A stretch of 64,000 nt of DNA from Candidatus Babeliales bacterium (GTDB lineage: Bacteria; Babelota; Babeliae; Babelales; JBFXEV01). Positions within the stretch are counted from its first letter, which is position 1. Each line of letters starts with the position of its first letter. Below, in pieces: positions 31,382-42,108 of this stretch. The notes under the pieces were generated by a model. It was not told the DNA's origin, did not search any database, and was given only the letters and a program-made list of their open reading frames with translations. The position numbers and the translations under genes are program-made. The stretch covers positions 937,994 through 1,001,993 of the forward strand of contig JBFXEV010000001.1 in assembly GCA_050179755.1 (NCBI GenBank). Direction: 5' to 3'.

Positions 31382-31574
31382 AGATAAAAGCGAATTACGC
31401 AACTTAAGCGTTGCTGAACTTCAGCAAGGCATACAAGAGTTAAAACAACAGCTACTTGCTCTAAAACTTGATGTAGCAACATCACATGTTAAAGACTATT
31501 CGTTGTTTAAGAAATTGCGCAGAAATATTGCTCAGTTATCTACGTTTGTAAGACAAAAAGAACTGTCTTTCTAG
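31371..31574 (+). CDS. rpmC: 50S ribosomal protein L29
   Basis: [10 protein letters not shown]...LRRNIAQ; operon position. Confidence 0.92.
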   Translation: MLNKDKSELRNLSVAELQQGIQELKQQLLALKLDVATSHVKDYSLFKKLRRNIAQLSTFVRQKELSF

Positions 31575-31599
31575 AGAATTAGATTTATAAGGTGCTTAT

Positions 31600-31872
31600 A
31601 TGAGCGAAGAAACAAATAAAATAAAACGAACGCTTATTGGCGAAGTTGTCTCCGATAAAATGGATAAGACAATTGTTGTCGAAGTAAAACGTACGTTTCA
31701 GGATCCACGTGTACATAAAGTTGTGCGTGTATCTAAAAAGTATAAAGTACATGATGAAAACGAGCTTGCAAATGTAGGCGACGTGGTGGAAATTTATGAG
31801 GGACGGCCAGTCTCCAAGACAAAGCACATGTACTTGTCACAAGTGGTCACCTCAGCGACGGCTAAGGGGTAA
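31600..31872 (+). CDS. rpsQ: 30S ribosomal protein S17
   Basis: [28 protein letters not shown]. Confidence 0.97.
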   Translation: MSEETNKIKRTLIGEVVSDKMDKTIVVEVKRTFQDPRVHKVVRVSKKYKVHDENELANVGDVVEIYEGRPVSKTKHMYLSQVVTSATAKG

Positions 31873-31877
31873 TCGAC

Positions 31878-32246
31878 ATGTTACAAAAATTTTCTCGATT
31901 AAAAGTTGCTGATAATTCAGGTGCCAAAGAAGTAATGGTGATCGGAATTGTGGGTAGTACTCGTAAACGCTATGCATATCTTGGTGATAGAATCAAGTGT
32001 TCAGTAAAGAGTGCAATTCCTGGTGCAACAGTAAAAAAAGGTGACGTAATTGATGCGGTTGTTGTTCGTACGGCTAAAGAATATCGACGTCCGGATGGCA
32101 CCTATATTCGTTTTGATGAAAATGCTGCGGTAATCTTAGCAAAAGAAAACGAGCCAGTGGGCACACGTATTTTTGGACCAATTGCCCGTGAACTTAAAGA
32201 TCTTGGCTATTCGACTATCGTTTCGCGTGCGCCGGAAGTGTTATAA
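31878..32246 (+). CDS. rplN: 50S ribosomal protein L14
   Basis: [27 protein letters not shown]. Confidence 0.98.
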   Translation: MLQKFSRLKVADNSGAKEVMVIGIVGSTRKRYAYLGDRIKCSVKSAIPGATVKKGDVIDAVVVRTAKEYRRPDGTYIRFDENAAVILAKENEPVGTRIFGPIARELKDLGYSTIVSRAPEVL

Positions 32247-32255
32247 AGGAAAATT

Positions 32256-32567
32256 ATGGTTTCAATCAAGAAAAATGATACCGTCCAAGTAATTTCTGGT
32301 AAAGATGCTGGAAAACAGGGAACTATCCTTGCCATTTCACGCAAAAAAGGTAAAGTATTGGTTAAGGGAGTTGCCCTTGCCACAAAGCATGCTAAACCTA
32401 GAAGACAAGGTGAAATTGGCAGCATTAAGGTTCGAGAAAGTTTTATAGATATATCAAAAGTACAACCGGTGTGTAATTCGTGCAGCAAGCCAACTCGTAT
32501 TGGCACAAAAACCGTAGAAGGTGGAAAGTCAGCACGCGTATGTATCCGTTGTGAGGAACTGCTGTAA
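32256..32567 (+). CDS. rplX: 50S ribosomal protein L24
   Basis: IKKNDTVQVISGKDAGKQG. Confidence 0.96.
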   Translation: MVSIKKNDTVQVISGKDAGKQGTILAISRKKGKVLVKGVALATKHAKPRRQGEIGSIKVRESFIDISKVQPVCNSCSKPTRIGTKTVEGGKSARVCIRCEELL

Positions 32568-32590
32568 CGGTAGGATAAGGATTACAAGAG

Positions 32591-33136
32591 ATGGCAAAAG
32601 CTCGTTTAGAAGAATTATATACAAAATCCATTCGCCCCTCGCTTCAAAAAAAGCTGGGTAAAAAAAATATTATGCAAGTACCAAAACTTGATAAAATTGT
32701 GGTGAATATTGGAGTAAAAGAAGCGGTGAGTGATTCACGTATTTTACAAAAAGTTGTAGATACGGTGCAACGTATTACAGGGCAATTGCCAGTTAAAACA
32801 GTTGCAAAGAAATCTATCGCAGGTTTTAAACTACGCGAAGGTATGCCTCTTGGTGTTAAAGTAACCTTACGACGTCAAAAAATGTATGAGTTTTTAGATA
32901 AAACCGTCAATTTGGCGTTACCTAAAGTGCGTGACTTCCAAGGTGTTGGCACAAAACTCGATGGTCGCGGTAATTATAATCTTGGTATCAAAGAGTGGAG
33001 TGTATTCCCAGAAGCTGATACCACTAATCAGGAACTCGTATTGGGTATGAATATTACCTTTCATATGAATGCAGCTTCTGATCAAGATGGACGAGCATTA
33101 CTTGAGGCATTTGGTATGCCTTTTAAGAAATCGTAA
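32591..33136 (+). CDS. rplE: 50S ribosomal protein L5
   Basis: [27 protein letters not shown]. Confidence 0.98.
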   Translation: MAKARLEELYTKSIRPSLQKKLGKKNIMQVPKLDKIVVNIGVKEAVSDSRILQKVVDTVQRITGQLPVKTVAKKSIAGFKLREGMPLGVKVTLRRQKMYEFLDKTVNLALPKVRDFQGVGTKLDGRGNYNLGIKEWSVFPEADTTNQELVLGMNITFHMNAASDQDGRALLEAFGMPFKKS

Positions 33137-33155
33137 GGATATAAAGGCAAACGAA

Positions 33156-33341
33156 ATGGCCAAAAAAGCATTAATTGAAAAAGCTAAATTAGAACCAAAG
33201 TTCTCCACACGTGGCTACAATCGTTGCCAATTGTGTGGTAGACCTCGTGCATTTATGCGTATGTTTAAAATGTGTCGTATGTGTTTCCGTAAACATGCGC
33301 TGGAAGGTCAACTTCCAGGGGTCAAAAAGACTAGTTGGTAG
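33156..33341 (+). CDS. rpsN: 30S ribosomal protein S14, type Z (zinc-binding)
   Basis: MAKKAL...NRCQLCGRP...CRMCFR...GVKKTSW; start at ATG 33156. Confidence 0.96.
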   Translation: MAKKALIEKAKLEPKFSTRGYNRCQLCGRPRAFMRMFKMCRMCFRKHALEGQLPGVKKTSW

Positions 33342-33350
33342 GAGAATATT

Positions 33351-33746
33351 GTGTCTATAGACGTTATTGGAAATTTTTTAACTACTATTCGTAATGGTTT
33401 AATGCGGTCACAACCGCATGTAGTAGTGCCGTATTCCCGCCATCTTTTTGAAATTGCGGGTGTTTTAGAGCAAGAAGGTTTTATCAAAGGGATAACCGTT
33501 GATGAATCTGATGCTGTAAAGAAAACGATGAAAATTGTTTTAAAATATGTTGATGGTCAATCGGTTATACACGAACTTACGCGTACAAGTAAGCCGGGTC
33601 GCCGTGTCTATCAAAAAACTACAAAGCTTGCTCCAGTTATTGGCAATCTTGGCGTGTCTATCCTTTCTACAAGTAAAGGTATTATGACAAATAAAAAAGC
33701 CAAAGAATTGCGTGCTGGTGGCGAAGTTCTTTGCACAGTATGGTAA
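33351..33746 (+). CDS. rpsH: 30S ribosomal protein S8
   Basis: LTTIRN, SKPGRRVY, ILSTSKGIMT, GGEVLC. Confidence 0.97.
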   Translation: MSIDVIGNFLTTIRNGLMRSQPHVVVPYSRHLFEIAGVLEQEGFIKGITVDESDAVKKTMKIVLKYVDGQSVIHELTRTSKPGRRVYQKTTKLAPVIGNLGVSILSTSKGIMTNKKAKELRAGGEVLCTVW

Positions 33747-33755
33747 GGGAACAGA

Positions 33756-34298
33756 ATGTCAAAGATTGGTAGACGGCCGATAGGCGTTAAAGACGTCCAA
33801 ATCACCATCGATGGTCAAAATGTATCTTACAAAGGTAAGCTAGATACGGGTACGTATATGTTACCTGCGGGTTTATCAGCGGAACTTTTGGATGGTGACA
33901 AGATTAAATTAAATTGCTCGCTTGATCCAAAAGAAGGCAACCGTATCTGGGGATTACACCGTGCATTGCTTGCCAACAGACTTATTGGTGCATCAACAGG
34001 TTTTGTGCAAGATGTAAAAATTGTGGGATTAGGGTTTAAAGGCGTACTCAAAGGCAAATCTGTTGATTTTTCTTTAGGATATAGTCACAAAATTGACTTT
34101 GAAATTCCTAAAGGTATTGCTATTGAAATTGATAAAACTGGTCAAATACTTACCGTTAAAGGTAGTAACAAAGAACTGGTTGGTTCAGTGTGCGCGGAAA
34201 TACGCGAAATGCGACCACCGGAACCTTATAAGGGTACTGGTGTGCGTGTTGGCGATGAAGTGATCTTGCGTAAAGCTGGAAAAACTAAATCTTCATAG
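33756..34298 (+). CDS. rplF: 50S ribosomal protein L6
   Basis: MSKIGR, LGYSH, RPPEPYKGTG. Confidence 0.97.
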   Translation: MSKIGRRPIGVKDVQITIDGQNVSYKGKLDTGTYMLPAGLSAELLDGDKIKLNCSLDPKEGNRIWGLHRALLANRLIGASTGFVQDVKIVGLGFKGVLKGKSVDFSLGYSHKIDFEIPKGIAIEIDKTGQILTVKGSNKELVGSVCAEIREMRPPEPYKGTGVRVGDEVILRKAGKTKSS

Positions 34299-34323
34299 AT
34301 TATAAGCACAATAAGGAATTAAC

Positions 34324-34677
34324 GTGTCGGTTAGAAGTAAATTAAATCTGCAACGTAAAAAACGTTCAGTGCGTGTAAGAGCTAAGCTCAGCAAGGGCTC
34401 ATTGCCACGAGTGTCTGTGTTTAGAAGTCTTAAGCATATGTATGCTCAAGTTATTGATGATTCAACAAGTACTACCATTGCCCATGCGTCAACGCAAACA
34501 CTTGAAAATCTCTCTGGAGATAAAAAAGATTTCGCAAAAGCGGTGGGTGTTGAACTTGCAAAACAAGCCCGTGCAAAAGGTATTGAGCGTGTAAGCTTTG
34601 ATCGCGGTGCGTATCGCTACCATGGTCGTGTTGCCGCACTTGCTCTTGGGTTACGCGAAGGTGGCCTTGAGGTCTAA
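34324..34677 (+). CDS. rplR: 50S ribosomal protein L18
   Basis: PRVSVFRS..HMYAQVIDD, FDRGAYRYHGRV. Confidence 0.97.
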   Translation: MSVRSKLNLQRKKRSVRVRAKLSKGSLPRVSVFRSLKHMYAQVIDDSTSTTIAHASTQTLENLSGDKKDFAKAVGVELAKQARAKGIERVSFDRGAYRYHGRVAALALGLREGGLEV

Positions 34678-34702
34678 TTGCTTGAATATGACAGGAATGT
34701 AA

Positions 34703-35224
34703 ATGTCTGAAAAAAGAAACGAAAAAGAATTTGTAGATTTTGTCGTGAGCGTAAAGCGAGTGACTAAAGTTACCAAAGGTGGTAAAAGGTTTTCCTTTTC
34801 AGCTTTTGTAGTGAGTGGTGATAAACAAGGTAGCATAGGTATGGCGCTTGGTAAAAGTAAAGATGTTTCATCTGCTATTGCCAAAGCTACGCTGAGAGCT
34901 CGTAAAGGATTAATTAAAGTTCCTTTACGTAATACCACAATTGCCTATAATGTTGAAGGCCGTCATGGCGCAAGCCGTGTGGTTATTCGCTCAGCATATA
35001 AAGGTACTGGTGTAATTGCTGGTGGTGCTGTTCGATCGATTATGAATGCGCTTGGCGTGCAAGACGTTTTGACCAAATCGCTTGGCTCAAAAGCGTGCAA
35101 GCAAAACGTAGTTAAAGCAACGCTCAATGCTCTTGCTAAATTACGTACCTTGGGTGATATTGCTCACTTACGTGGCAAAACTACTGAAGAAATTATAAAG
35201 GGATGTCATGGCACAGCTCAATAA
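34703..35224 (+). CDS. rpsE: 30S ribosomal protein S5
   Basis: RVTKVTKGGKRFSF, GTGVIAGGAVR. Confidence 0.98.
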   Translation: MSEKRNEKEFVDFVVSVKRVTKVTKGGKRFSFSAFVVSGDKQGSIGMALGKSKDVSSAIAKATLRARKGLIKVPLRNTTIAYNVEGRHGASRVVIRSAYKGTGVIAGGAVRSIMNALGVQDVLTKSLGSKACKQNVVKATLNALAKLRTLGDIAHLRGKTTEEIIKGCHGTAQ

Positions 35225-35654
35225 CTTACCAGGATTATGCAAAAAACGTAAACGCGTTGGCCGTGGCGGTGCTCGAGGCGGAAGTTCAGGTAGGGGAACT
35301 AAAGGGCAACGTGCGCGCTCAGGCGGTAAACGTGGTCTGATTGGTTTTGAAGGCGGACAAATGCCGTTATCTCGCCGATTACCAAAACGTGGCTTTAGCA
35401 ATACTCGTTTTGCAACAAAAGTTCAAATTGTGAACCTGGAAACACTTGAACGAGTGTTTAATGAGGGTGACGTAGTTTCTCAAGAAACATTGCGCGCAAA
35501 AGGCCTTGTAAAAGGTCAAGATCGTGTGCAAGTTAAAATTTTGGGTACGGGTCAAATTACAAAAAAGCTTATTATTACTGCTGATGCTGTAAGTGGATCA
35601 GCTCGTGCAGCAATTGAGCAATCAGGTGGTCAACTTCACTTAACTAAGGAGTAG
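35208..35654 (+). CDS. rplO: 50S ribosomal protein L15
   Basis: KRVGRG, GFEGGQMPL.RRLPKRGF. Confidence 0.98.
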   Translation: MAQLNNLPGLCKKRKRVGRGGARGGSSGRGTKGQRARSGGKRGLIGFEGGQMPLSRRLPKRGFSNTRFATKVQIVNLETLERVFNEGDVVSQETLRAKGLVKGQDRVQVKILGTGQITKKLIITADAVSGSARAAIEQSGGQLHLTKE

Positions 35655-35659
35655 AAGCA

Positions 35660-37009
35660 GTGGTTCTGTTGCGTAGTCTTAAAAACATTTTCTCTATTCC
35701 AGAGTTAACACGTAAAATACTCTTTACGTTAGGTGTCTTAATTGTATTTCGTCTTGGATCGAATATTCCAGTACTTGGAGTAGACGTAGAGGCGCTTGCT
35801 GAACTCATGAAACGAACCACCACACTAGGTGGTCTTTTAAAGTATCTTGATATTTTCTCAGGGGGATCGCTTGATAAAAGTACTATTTTTGCGCTAGGTA
35901 TTTCGCCGTATATTACGTCATCAATTATGATGCAGATGCTGAGCATGACCGTACCTACTTTTGAGGCGTTGGCCAAAGAAGGCGAATATGGTCGCAAGAT
36001 CATTAATCAGTATACGCGCTATCTGACTCTTGGTTTAAGTATAATGTATAGCTTTGCATACGCATTATTCCTTGAAAACCAAGGATTTGCATTAACGCCA
36101 GGCTGGGGATTCCGCATACCATTCATTTTAACATTAACCGTGGGCGCACTGTTTGTTATGTGGCTTGGTGAGCAGATTTCACTTTTTGGTCTTGGTAACG
36201 GTAGTTCAATGCTTATCTTTGCGGGTATTGTTTCACGGTTTCCTGAAAGTTTTATTAGAATTTGGACAGCAGTGTTTGATACACATAGTTTGCCAGGTTG
36301 GCAGGCATGGTTATTGCTTGCTATCATGATAGTGATCATTGCTTTGATCATTTATGTAGAAAAGGGTGAACGTAAAATTCCGGTGCAATACGCGCGGCGA
36401 GTAGTTGGTCAACGTGTGTATGGGGGTCAAAGTACCTATATACCATTTAAGATCAATACGTCTGGTGTGATGCCGGTAATTTTTGCTGGAGCTATGCTTA
36501 ATATTCCTATGGTTATTAGCACGTTGCTTTCTTATAAGTTTGAGTTTTTCAAGCGAGTTGCTACTGAATGGTTTAATCGAACGGGTGCTCTATTTAATGT
36601 TACTGAATTTCTACTTATTATTGGGTTTTCATTCTTTTATACGGCATTGATTTTCAATCCTGAAGAATTGGCTGAAAACATTAAGAAAAGTGGTGGTTTT
36701 ATTCCTGGTATTCGGCCAGGTAAACGTACTGCTGAATTCTTTAACTATATTTTGACTCGTGTAGGCCTTGTGGGTGCAATATATTTGGCTTGTCTTGCAA
36801 TAGCGCCAAATATAATAAGCGCTATCATGGGTTTGCAAAGTAAGCTTCAGGATGGTAGTGCTCAAGCATTATTGGGTGGCACATCGCTTTTGATTGTAGT
36901 TGGGGTGGCTTTAGAAATAGCTTCTCAAGTAGAGTCATATTTGATTGAGCACAGGTATGAAGGCTTTCTCAGTTCGGGTAGAATAAAGAATAACCCTCGA
37001 AAAATCTAG
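35660..37009 (+). CDS. secY: preprotein translocase SecY
   Basis: IFALGISPYITSSI, GLGNGSS, GVMPVIFA, FIPGIRPG, GGTSLLIVVGV. Confidence 0.98.
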   Translation: MVLLRSLKNIFSIPELTRKILFTLGVLIVFRLGSNIPVLGVDVEALAELMKRTTTLGGLLKYLDIFSGGSLDKSTIFALGISPYITSSIMMQMLSMTVPTFEALAKEGEYGRKIINQYTRYLTLGLSIMYSFAYALFLENQGFALTPGWGFRIPFILTLTVGALFVMWLGEQISLFGLGNGSSMLIFAGIVSRFPESFIRIWTAVFDTHSLPGWQAWLLLAIMIVIIALIIYVEKGERKIPVQYARRVVGQRVYGGQSTYIPFKINTSGVMPVIFAGAMLNIPMVISTLLSYKFEFFKRVATEWFNRTGALFNVTEFLLIIGFSFFYTALIFNPEELAENIKKSGGFIPGIRPGKRTAEFFNYILTRVGLVGAIYLACLAIAPNIISAIMGLQSKLQDGSAQALLGGTSLLIVVGVALEIASQVESYLIEHRYEGFLSSGRIKNNPRKI

Positions 37010-37018
37010 ACGCTCACA

Positions 37019-37705
37019 ATGCAACACTCTATATTTGTATTTATTGGGCCGCCAGGTTCGGGTAAGGGATCTCTTTCTCAGATGTGTGTAGAAACGCTTG
37101 GGTGGAAGCAACTTTCCACCGGGGCGCTCTGCCGAAAGCATATTGCAGAAGGCACTTTGGTAGGCAAGCAGATAGATTTAGCTATAAAATCTGGTAAACT
37201 TATTGATGACAACCTTGTCCTTGATATGGTCAGTCAGTGGCTTAATTCATTGGGGGGTGGGCAGGAAAATATCATTCTTGATGGTTTTCCGCGCACACGG
37301 CCTCAGGCTTTAGCTCTTATGAATTTGCTTAATGAACAGTTTAAAGAGTGTAACCTAAAAGTTATAGAATTCTTTATTTCTGATGAAGAAGCTGCCAGAA
37401 GACTTGCTGCTCGTTACGTATGCACTGATAAAAAGTGCGAAGCCATTTATTCAGAGCGTTCAAGTGAGCTTGCTCCACTGAATAATAAGGCTTGCGATCG
37501 TTGCGGTAATGCTTTAGAGCGGCGTTCTGATGATCAACCGGATACAGTAAAGCAGCGATTGGCAACATATCATAAACATGCCGATCCGCTTCTTGCTTTT
37601 TATCGGGAGGCAGGGCAACCAATAGTGAGAGTAGATGTAGAAAAGCCGCTTGAAGCGGTATATAAAGAGTTTTTAGCGCTAGTAACTAAAGATAAGCTAA
37701 ACTGA
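37019..37705 (+). CDS. adk: adenylate kinase with Cys-containing LID
   Basis: GPPGSGKG, LSTG, LDGFPRT, RSDD. Confidence 0.95.
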   Translation: MQHSIFVFIGPPGSGKGSLSQMCVETLGWKQLSTGALCRKHIAEGTLVGKQIDLAIKSGKLIDDNLVLDMVSQWLNSLGGGQENIILDGFPRTRPQALALMNLLNEQFKECNLKVIEFFISDEEAARRLAARYVCTDKKCEAIYSERSSELAPLNNKACDRCGNALERRSDDQPDTVKQRLATYHKHADPLLAFYREAGQPIVRVDVEKPLEAVYKEFLALVTKDKLN

Positions 37706-38469
37706 TGATAACTATTAAAAATAAGGCATCCATTGCAAAAATGCATACCGCAGGTCAACTGCTGTCTGGCATAATGCATGATGTTTCTACTAGTTTGATT
37801 CGGCCGGGTGTGAGCACAGCGCAGATAGATGCATTTATAGCTGAGTCTCTTAAAAAGCATGAACTTGTTTCTTGCACAAAAGGGTACCACGGCTATAAGC
37901 ACGTATGCTGCGTTTCAGTTAATGACGAAGTGGTACATGGTGTTCCCTCAGATACTACCGTGCTCAAAGCAGGTGACTTAGTGAAAGTGGATATTTGTGC
38001 ATCATACAAGGGATATTGCGCAGATATGGCGCGGTGTTTTGTGGTAGGAAAGCCTACTGATGCGCAAGCAAAATTGGTTCGAGTTGCACAGCAAGCCCTT
38101 GATAAAGGTATTGAACAAGCACGAGCAGGAAATCGATTAACCGATATTTCTGCTGCTATTCAAGCCGAAGTGGAACAGCATGGTTACGGCGTAGTTCGTG
38201 ATTTTGCAGGTCACGGCATAGGTAAGCAAATGCATGAAGAGCCAGAGATTTTAAATTATGGCAAACCTGGTCGTGGACCAGTATTGCGTGTTGGTATGTC
38301 ATTTGCTATTGAGCCAATGATTACTGATGGAAAATTTGATGTATATGTGACCAAGGATGGTTGGACGGTAAAAACTGTTGATAAAAGTTTGGCAGCACAC
38401 GTAGAAGACACTATTGTCATTACCGAAGATGGGCCAGAGATATTAACAAGAAACGTGGAACATCGATAA
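37705..38469 (+). CDS. map: methionine aminopeptidase type I
   Basis: [36 protein letters not shown]. Confidence 0.97.
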   Translation: MITIKNKASIAKMHTAGQLLSGIMHDVSTSLIRPGVSTAQIDAFIAESLKKHELVSCTKGYHGYKHVCCVSVNDEVVHGVPSDTTVLKAGDLVKVDICASYKGYCADMARCFVVGKPTDAQAKLVRVAQQALDKGIEQARAGNRLTDISAAIQAEVEQHGYGVVRDFAGHGIGKQMHEEPEILNYGKPGRGPVLRVGMSFAIEPMITDGKFDVYVTKDGWTVKTVDKSLAAHVEDTIVITEDGPEILTRNVEHR

Positions 38470-38471
38470 AG

Positions 38472-38741
38472 GTGAGCATGAAAAGCAAAAAAGATGACGT
38501 TATTCGTGTAGAAGGTGTTGTTAAAGAAACATTGCCAAATGCTATGTTTAAAGTTGAAATTGAAGGTGGCCATACGGTTTTAGGGCATGTTTCAGGTAAA
38601 ATGCGTATGCATTTTATTAGAATATTGCCTGGTGACAAAGTGGCGATCGAGTTATCACCGTACGATTTAACCCGTGGGCGCATAGTTCTTCGTCATAAAG
38701 GGGAAGTGCCTCCAGCAGGTAATTCTTCGCGAAACCAGTAA
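38472..38741 (+). CDS. infA: translation initiation factor IF-1
   Basis: [33 protein letters not shown]. Confidence 0.97.
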   Translation: MSMKSKKDDVIRVEGVVKETLPNAMFKVEIEGGHTVLGHVSGKMRMHFIRILPGDKVAIELSPYDLTRGRIVLRHKGEVPPAGNSSRNQ

Positions 38742-38759
38742 ACAGCTTGAAAGATTATT

Positions 38760-38876
38760 ATGAAGGTAAGAACATCAGTAAAATTAATGTGTATAAGTTG
38801 TCGTATTGTGCGTAGAAACAGAGTTGTTCGCGTTATTTGTGAACGCACTCCAAAGCATAAGCAACGACAAGGCTAA
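38760..38876 (+). CDS. rpmJ: 50S ribosomal protein L36
   Basis: Below ORF-track cutoff; manual translation [38 protein letters not shown]. Confidence 0.96.
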   Translation: MKVRTSVKLMCISCRIVRRNRVVRVICERTPKHKQRQG

Positions 38877-38905
38877 AAATTAATAAGTTGGGATAAAGGA
38901 ACTTT

Positions 38906-39295
38906 ATGGCACGAATTTCTGGGGTTAATTTGCCAGCTAACAAACGCGTTGAATATGGTTTAACGTATGTGTATGGTATTGGCCTAAAAACTTCACGTGA
39001 TATTTTAAATGCGACAAAAATTAATTTTGATACGCGCGTAAAAGATTTAACTGACCAAGAAGTTTCCGCAATTCAAAATGAAGTAACTAAAGGTTACATG
39101 ACCGAAGGTGATTTGCGTAAACGCATCACTAATGATTTGCGGCGCTTAATGGAAATTGGCTCATACCGTGGCTCACGTCATAAACGTGGTTTGCCAGCAC
39201 GTGGCCAGCGTACAAAAACTAATGCTCGTACGCGCAAAGGTCCACGCAAACAAGGTGGCCAAATTGCATTGAAGAGTAAAGTTACAAAGAAATAA
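38906..39295 (+). CDS. rpsM: 30S ribosomal protein S13
   Basis: [29 protein letters not shown]. Confidence 0.98.
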   Translation: MARISGVNLPANKRVEYGLTYVYGIGLKTSRDILNATKINFDTRVKDLTDQEVSAIQNEVTKGYMTEGDLRKRITNDLRRLMEIGSYRGSRHKRGLPARGQRTKTNARTRKGPRKQGGQIALKSKVTKK

Positions 39296-39321
39296 TTAAT
39301 TAACTAGGTGTAAGTGATACG

Positions 39322-39705
39322 ATGACGTATAAACGGAAATCCAAAAAAACGAAACGACAAGTAGATTCTGCTGTCGCACACGTGAGATCTTCTTTTAATA
39401 ATACCATAGTAACCATTTCTACTCGTGATGGCGAAGTATTGTTATCATGTAGTTCCGGTAAACTTGGCTATAAAGGTTCACGAAAAAGCACGCCGTTTGC
39501 AGCAACGCAAATTGGTTCTACGCTTGCAAAAGATATGCAAGCTATCGGTGTAAAGGATGTAGAAGTGAATTTGCAGGGGCCAGGATCAGGGCGAGATTCA
39601 GTGGTTCGAGCTATTCAAGCATCCGGAATTCGCGTTTCCGTTTTGCGTGATGTAACACCACTTCCACATAACGGCTGTCGTCCGCCAAAAAAACGCCGTG
39701 TATAG
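39322..39705 (+). CDS. rpsK: 30S ribosomal protein S11
   Basis: [30 protein letters not shown]. Confidence 0.98.
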   Translation: MTYKRKSKKTKRQVDSAVAHVRSSFNNTIVTISTRDGEVLLSCSSGKLGYKGSRKSTPFAATQIGSTLAKDMQAIGVKDVEVNLQGPGSGRDSVVRAIQASGIRVSVLRDVTPLPHNGCRPPKKRRV

Positions 39706-39717
39706 AGGGTATAACCT

Positions 39718-40365
39718 ATGAATAATCAAGAAACAACACAACGTGACGGCAAGAAGTCTGAAAATCGTTATGGTCAAAACCGTGGTGGTGGTAAACCTGG
39801 CGCTGGACGCCCTGGTGCAAAAGGTTCAGACGACCAAAAGCCAGATGAAAAAGATAAACAACGCCGAGCACGTAAAGTGTCGGAATATGGTAAACAGCTT
39901 GAAGAAAAACAAAAAGTTAAACATTCATACGGTATGCGTGAAAAACAGTTCCGTAGATTTTTTGACTTAGCGTTTAGATCAGAAGCTGCAACAGGTGAAA
40001 AGCTATTAAGTTTGCTCGAGCGCCGCATTGATAACGTGTTATATCGTTTAAAATTTGCAGTAACACGTGCTCAAGCGCGTCAAGTTATTGTGCATGGGCA
40101 TGTTGCAATTAATGGCAGAAGAGTGTCATCTCCTTCCGCACTTGTTGGCGTGGGTGATACTATATCCTTCTTACCTCAAGTTGGTAAAAAACAGGCATTT
40201 GTAGAGCAAGTAATTGAAAAGCGCCTTAATATTGGTATTAAAGTCCCTGAGTGGCTTGAGTTGAATAAAGACGCACGCACTGGCAAAGTATTACGCGAGC
40301 CAGTACGTACTGATATTCAAAATCCAATTGAAGAGCATTTAATTGTTGAATTATATTCTAAGTAA
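39718..40365 (+). CDS. rpsD: 30S ribosomal protein S4 with atypical N-terminus
   Basis: SEYGKQLEEKQK, LLERRIDNV, ARQVIVHGH, LIVELYSK. Confidence 0.96.
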   Translation: MNNQETTQRDGKKSENRYGQNRGGGKPGAGRPGAKGSDDQKPDEKDKQRRARKVSEYGKQLEEKQKVKHSYGMREKQFRRFFDLAFRSEAATGEKLLSLLERRIDNVLYRLKFAVTRAQARQVIVHGHVAINGRRVSSPSALVGVGDTISFLPQVGKKQAFVEQVIEKRLNIGIKVPEWLELNKDARTGKVLREPVRTDIQNPIEEHLIVELYSK

Positions 40366-40411
40366 TTTCAACGCATTGCAATATGCGTGAATTGAGATAT
40401 TGAGGAACTTT

Positions 40412-41458
40412 ATGGACACTAGGGAGTACAGACCGCTTACCATCCCAAATTTACAGTGGGATAACAAAACATTAACTGAATCATTTGGTCAGTTAATTGC
40501 CCAACCGCTTGAGCCCGGCTTCGGGATCACGCTTGGTAATGCCATTAGACGTATTTTGTTAGGTGGTATTGAAGGGTCAGCGGTGACCTCCGTCATAATC
40601 AAGGGGGTTAATAACGAATTTTCACCTTTACCGGGTGTTGTTGAAGATACTATGCAAGTAGTGCTCAATATAAAAGATATCGTTGTTCGCAATAAAACAG
40701 GCAAACCAGGCACTATGCGTGTGGTTGCAAAGGGTGAGAAGACCGTTCGCGTAAAAGACATTGAAGCGGATGAACATCTTGAGTTGATTAATAAAGAGCA
40801 TATTATTGCTCATGTGGCTCCTGGTGGATCACTTGATATTGAATTTTTTGTTGAAGCTGGGCGTGGGTATCAATCAGCGCAATGGCCAGAAGGCAAATTA
40901 TTGCAACCAGATGATCGTATGTACCTTGATGCTATGTTTGCACCGGTGCGTAAAGTAACCTTTGATGTTGAAAAAACACGTGTTGGTGAAAATATTGATT
41001 ATGATAAATTAATACTCAGTATTCATACTGATGCATCTGAAACACCAGTTGAAGTGTTGCATTATGCCGTTTCAGTACTTAGAACGCAATTGCAAAATTT
41101 TCTAAAAGATACAGAAATACCGTTTAATGATATATCTAAGGTTCCTCAAAATGAAGAACTGGAAGAGTTGCCATATCATGTGCCAGAGTTGACTATTAAA
41201 GGCATTCCTGTGAGTGTTCTAGTCAAACCAATTGAAGAGCTTGATCTTTCAGTGCGTGCACATAACTGTCTTCTTAATGAAGGTATTAAACGTGTGTTGG
41301 ACTTGGTAAATTTGAGTGAAGACCAAGTAATTAAAATGAAGAATTTTGGACGAAAATCGCTCAATGAAGTTAAAGAAGCACTTAAGGTTCATGGTCTTGC
41401 TCTTGGGCTTGATATTCCTGAATCTGAGTTGCGTCAACTCATTAAAAGCAATCAGTAG
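40412..41458 (+). CDS. rpoA: RNA polymerase subunit alpha
   Basis: PLEPGFGITLGNAIRR, GVVED, LSVRAHNCL, NFGRKSLNEV; GAGGA SD before ATG 40412. Confidence 0.98.
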   Translation: MDTREYRPLTIPNLQWDNKTLTESFGQLIAQPLEPGFGITLGNAIRRILLGGIEGSAVTSVIIKGVNNEFSPLPGVVEDTMQVVLNIKDIVVRNKTGKPGTMRVVAKGEKTVRVKDIEADEHLELINKEHIIAHVAPGGSLDIEFFVEAGRGYQSAQWPEGKLLQPDDRMYLDAMFAPVRKVTFDVEKTRVGENIDYDKLILSIHTDASETPVEVLHYAVSVLRTQLQNFLKDTEIPFNDISKVPQNEELEELPYHVPELTIKGIPVSVLVKPIEELDLSVRAHNCLLNEGIKRVLDLVNLSEDQVIKMKNFGRKSLNEVKEALKVHGLALGLDIPESELRQLIKSNQ

Positions 41459-41474
41459 TTCTTAAAGGTGCCGC

Positions 41475-41831
41475 ATGAAACATCAAATTGATAGAAGTAA
41501 ATTAAATTTAAAAGCGCCTCACCGCAGAGCTATGCTTCGTAACCAAGTGATTCATCTTATTGAGAATGGTCATTTGATAACTACAAAAGCTCGTATCAAA
41601 GAAGTGCGTCGCATGGCAGAAAAATTGGTTACTTTGGCTCGCCAAGGGAATACGTTCAGCGTTCGCCGCAAAGCTAAGATGGTATTGCCATACAAAGATA
41701 CAGCGCTTGATAAGTTGTTCAAAGAAATTGCTCCGCAATACACTGAACGACCAGGTGGGTATACAAGAATTATTCCTCTTGGCAAGCGTGTGAGCGATAC
41801 TGCGACAATCGCAAGATTGGAATGGGTGTAA
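41475..41831 (+). CDS. rplQ: 50S ribosomal protein L17
   Basis: HRRAMLRN, AEKLVT, RPGGYTRI. Confidence 0.97.
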   Translation: MKHQIDRSKLNLKAPHRRAMLRNQVIHLIENGHLITTKARIKEVRRMAEKLVTLARQGNTFSVRRKAKMVLPYKDTALDKLFKEIAPQYTERPGGYTRIIPLGKRVSDTATIARLEWV

Positions 41832-41856
41832 AATAACCTGCATATCGACGCAGCAG

Positions 41857-41883
41857 CCCGGCGTAGCTTTTAGCGAAGACGGG
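41857..41883. repeat. REP-like palindrome
   Basis: CCCGGCGTAGCTTTTAGCGAAGACGGG. Confidence 0.65.
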
Positions 41884-41917
41884 AGCGTTTTTAAGCCGGT
41901 TATTAAGATTAAAAATT

Positions 41918-41973
41918 TAGGCATTTAGAGATTTCCTGTAGTGAGGGTTTTCTCTAGGTGCCTATTTTTTTTT
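41918..41973 (+). terminator. intrinsic terminator ending the alpha operon
   Basis: TAGGCATTTAGAGA...TCTCTAGGTGCCTA followed by T9. Confidence 0.8.
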
Positions 41974-42108
41974 GGTCTTTTCGTTTAAATATCTGGGCAG
42001 CAGGTTCGCCAACCTGAAGCAATGCTCTTATTAAAAATTGGACCAAATACCAATAAAAGAGTATTACCCCCCCCCGGCCCCTGTTAATAATACACATAGA
42101 AATTATTC

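Noticed and set aside
42067..42081. C9-GG-C4 tract upstream of the orphan-cluster promoter as a phase-variation site
   Set aside because: Lies outside the -35/-10 spacer and coding sequence; a single sequence cannot show length variation
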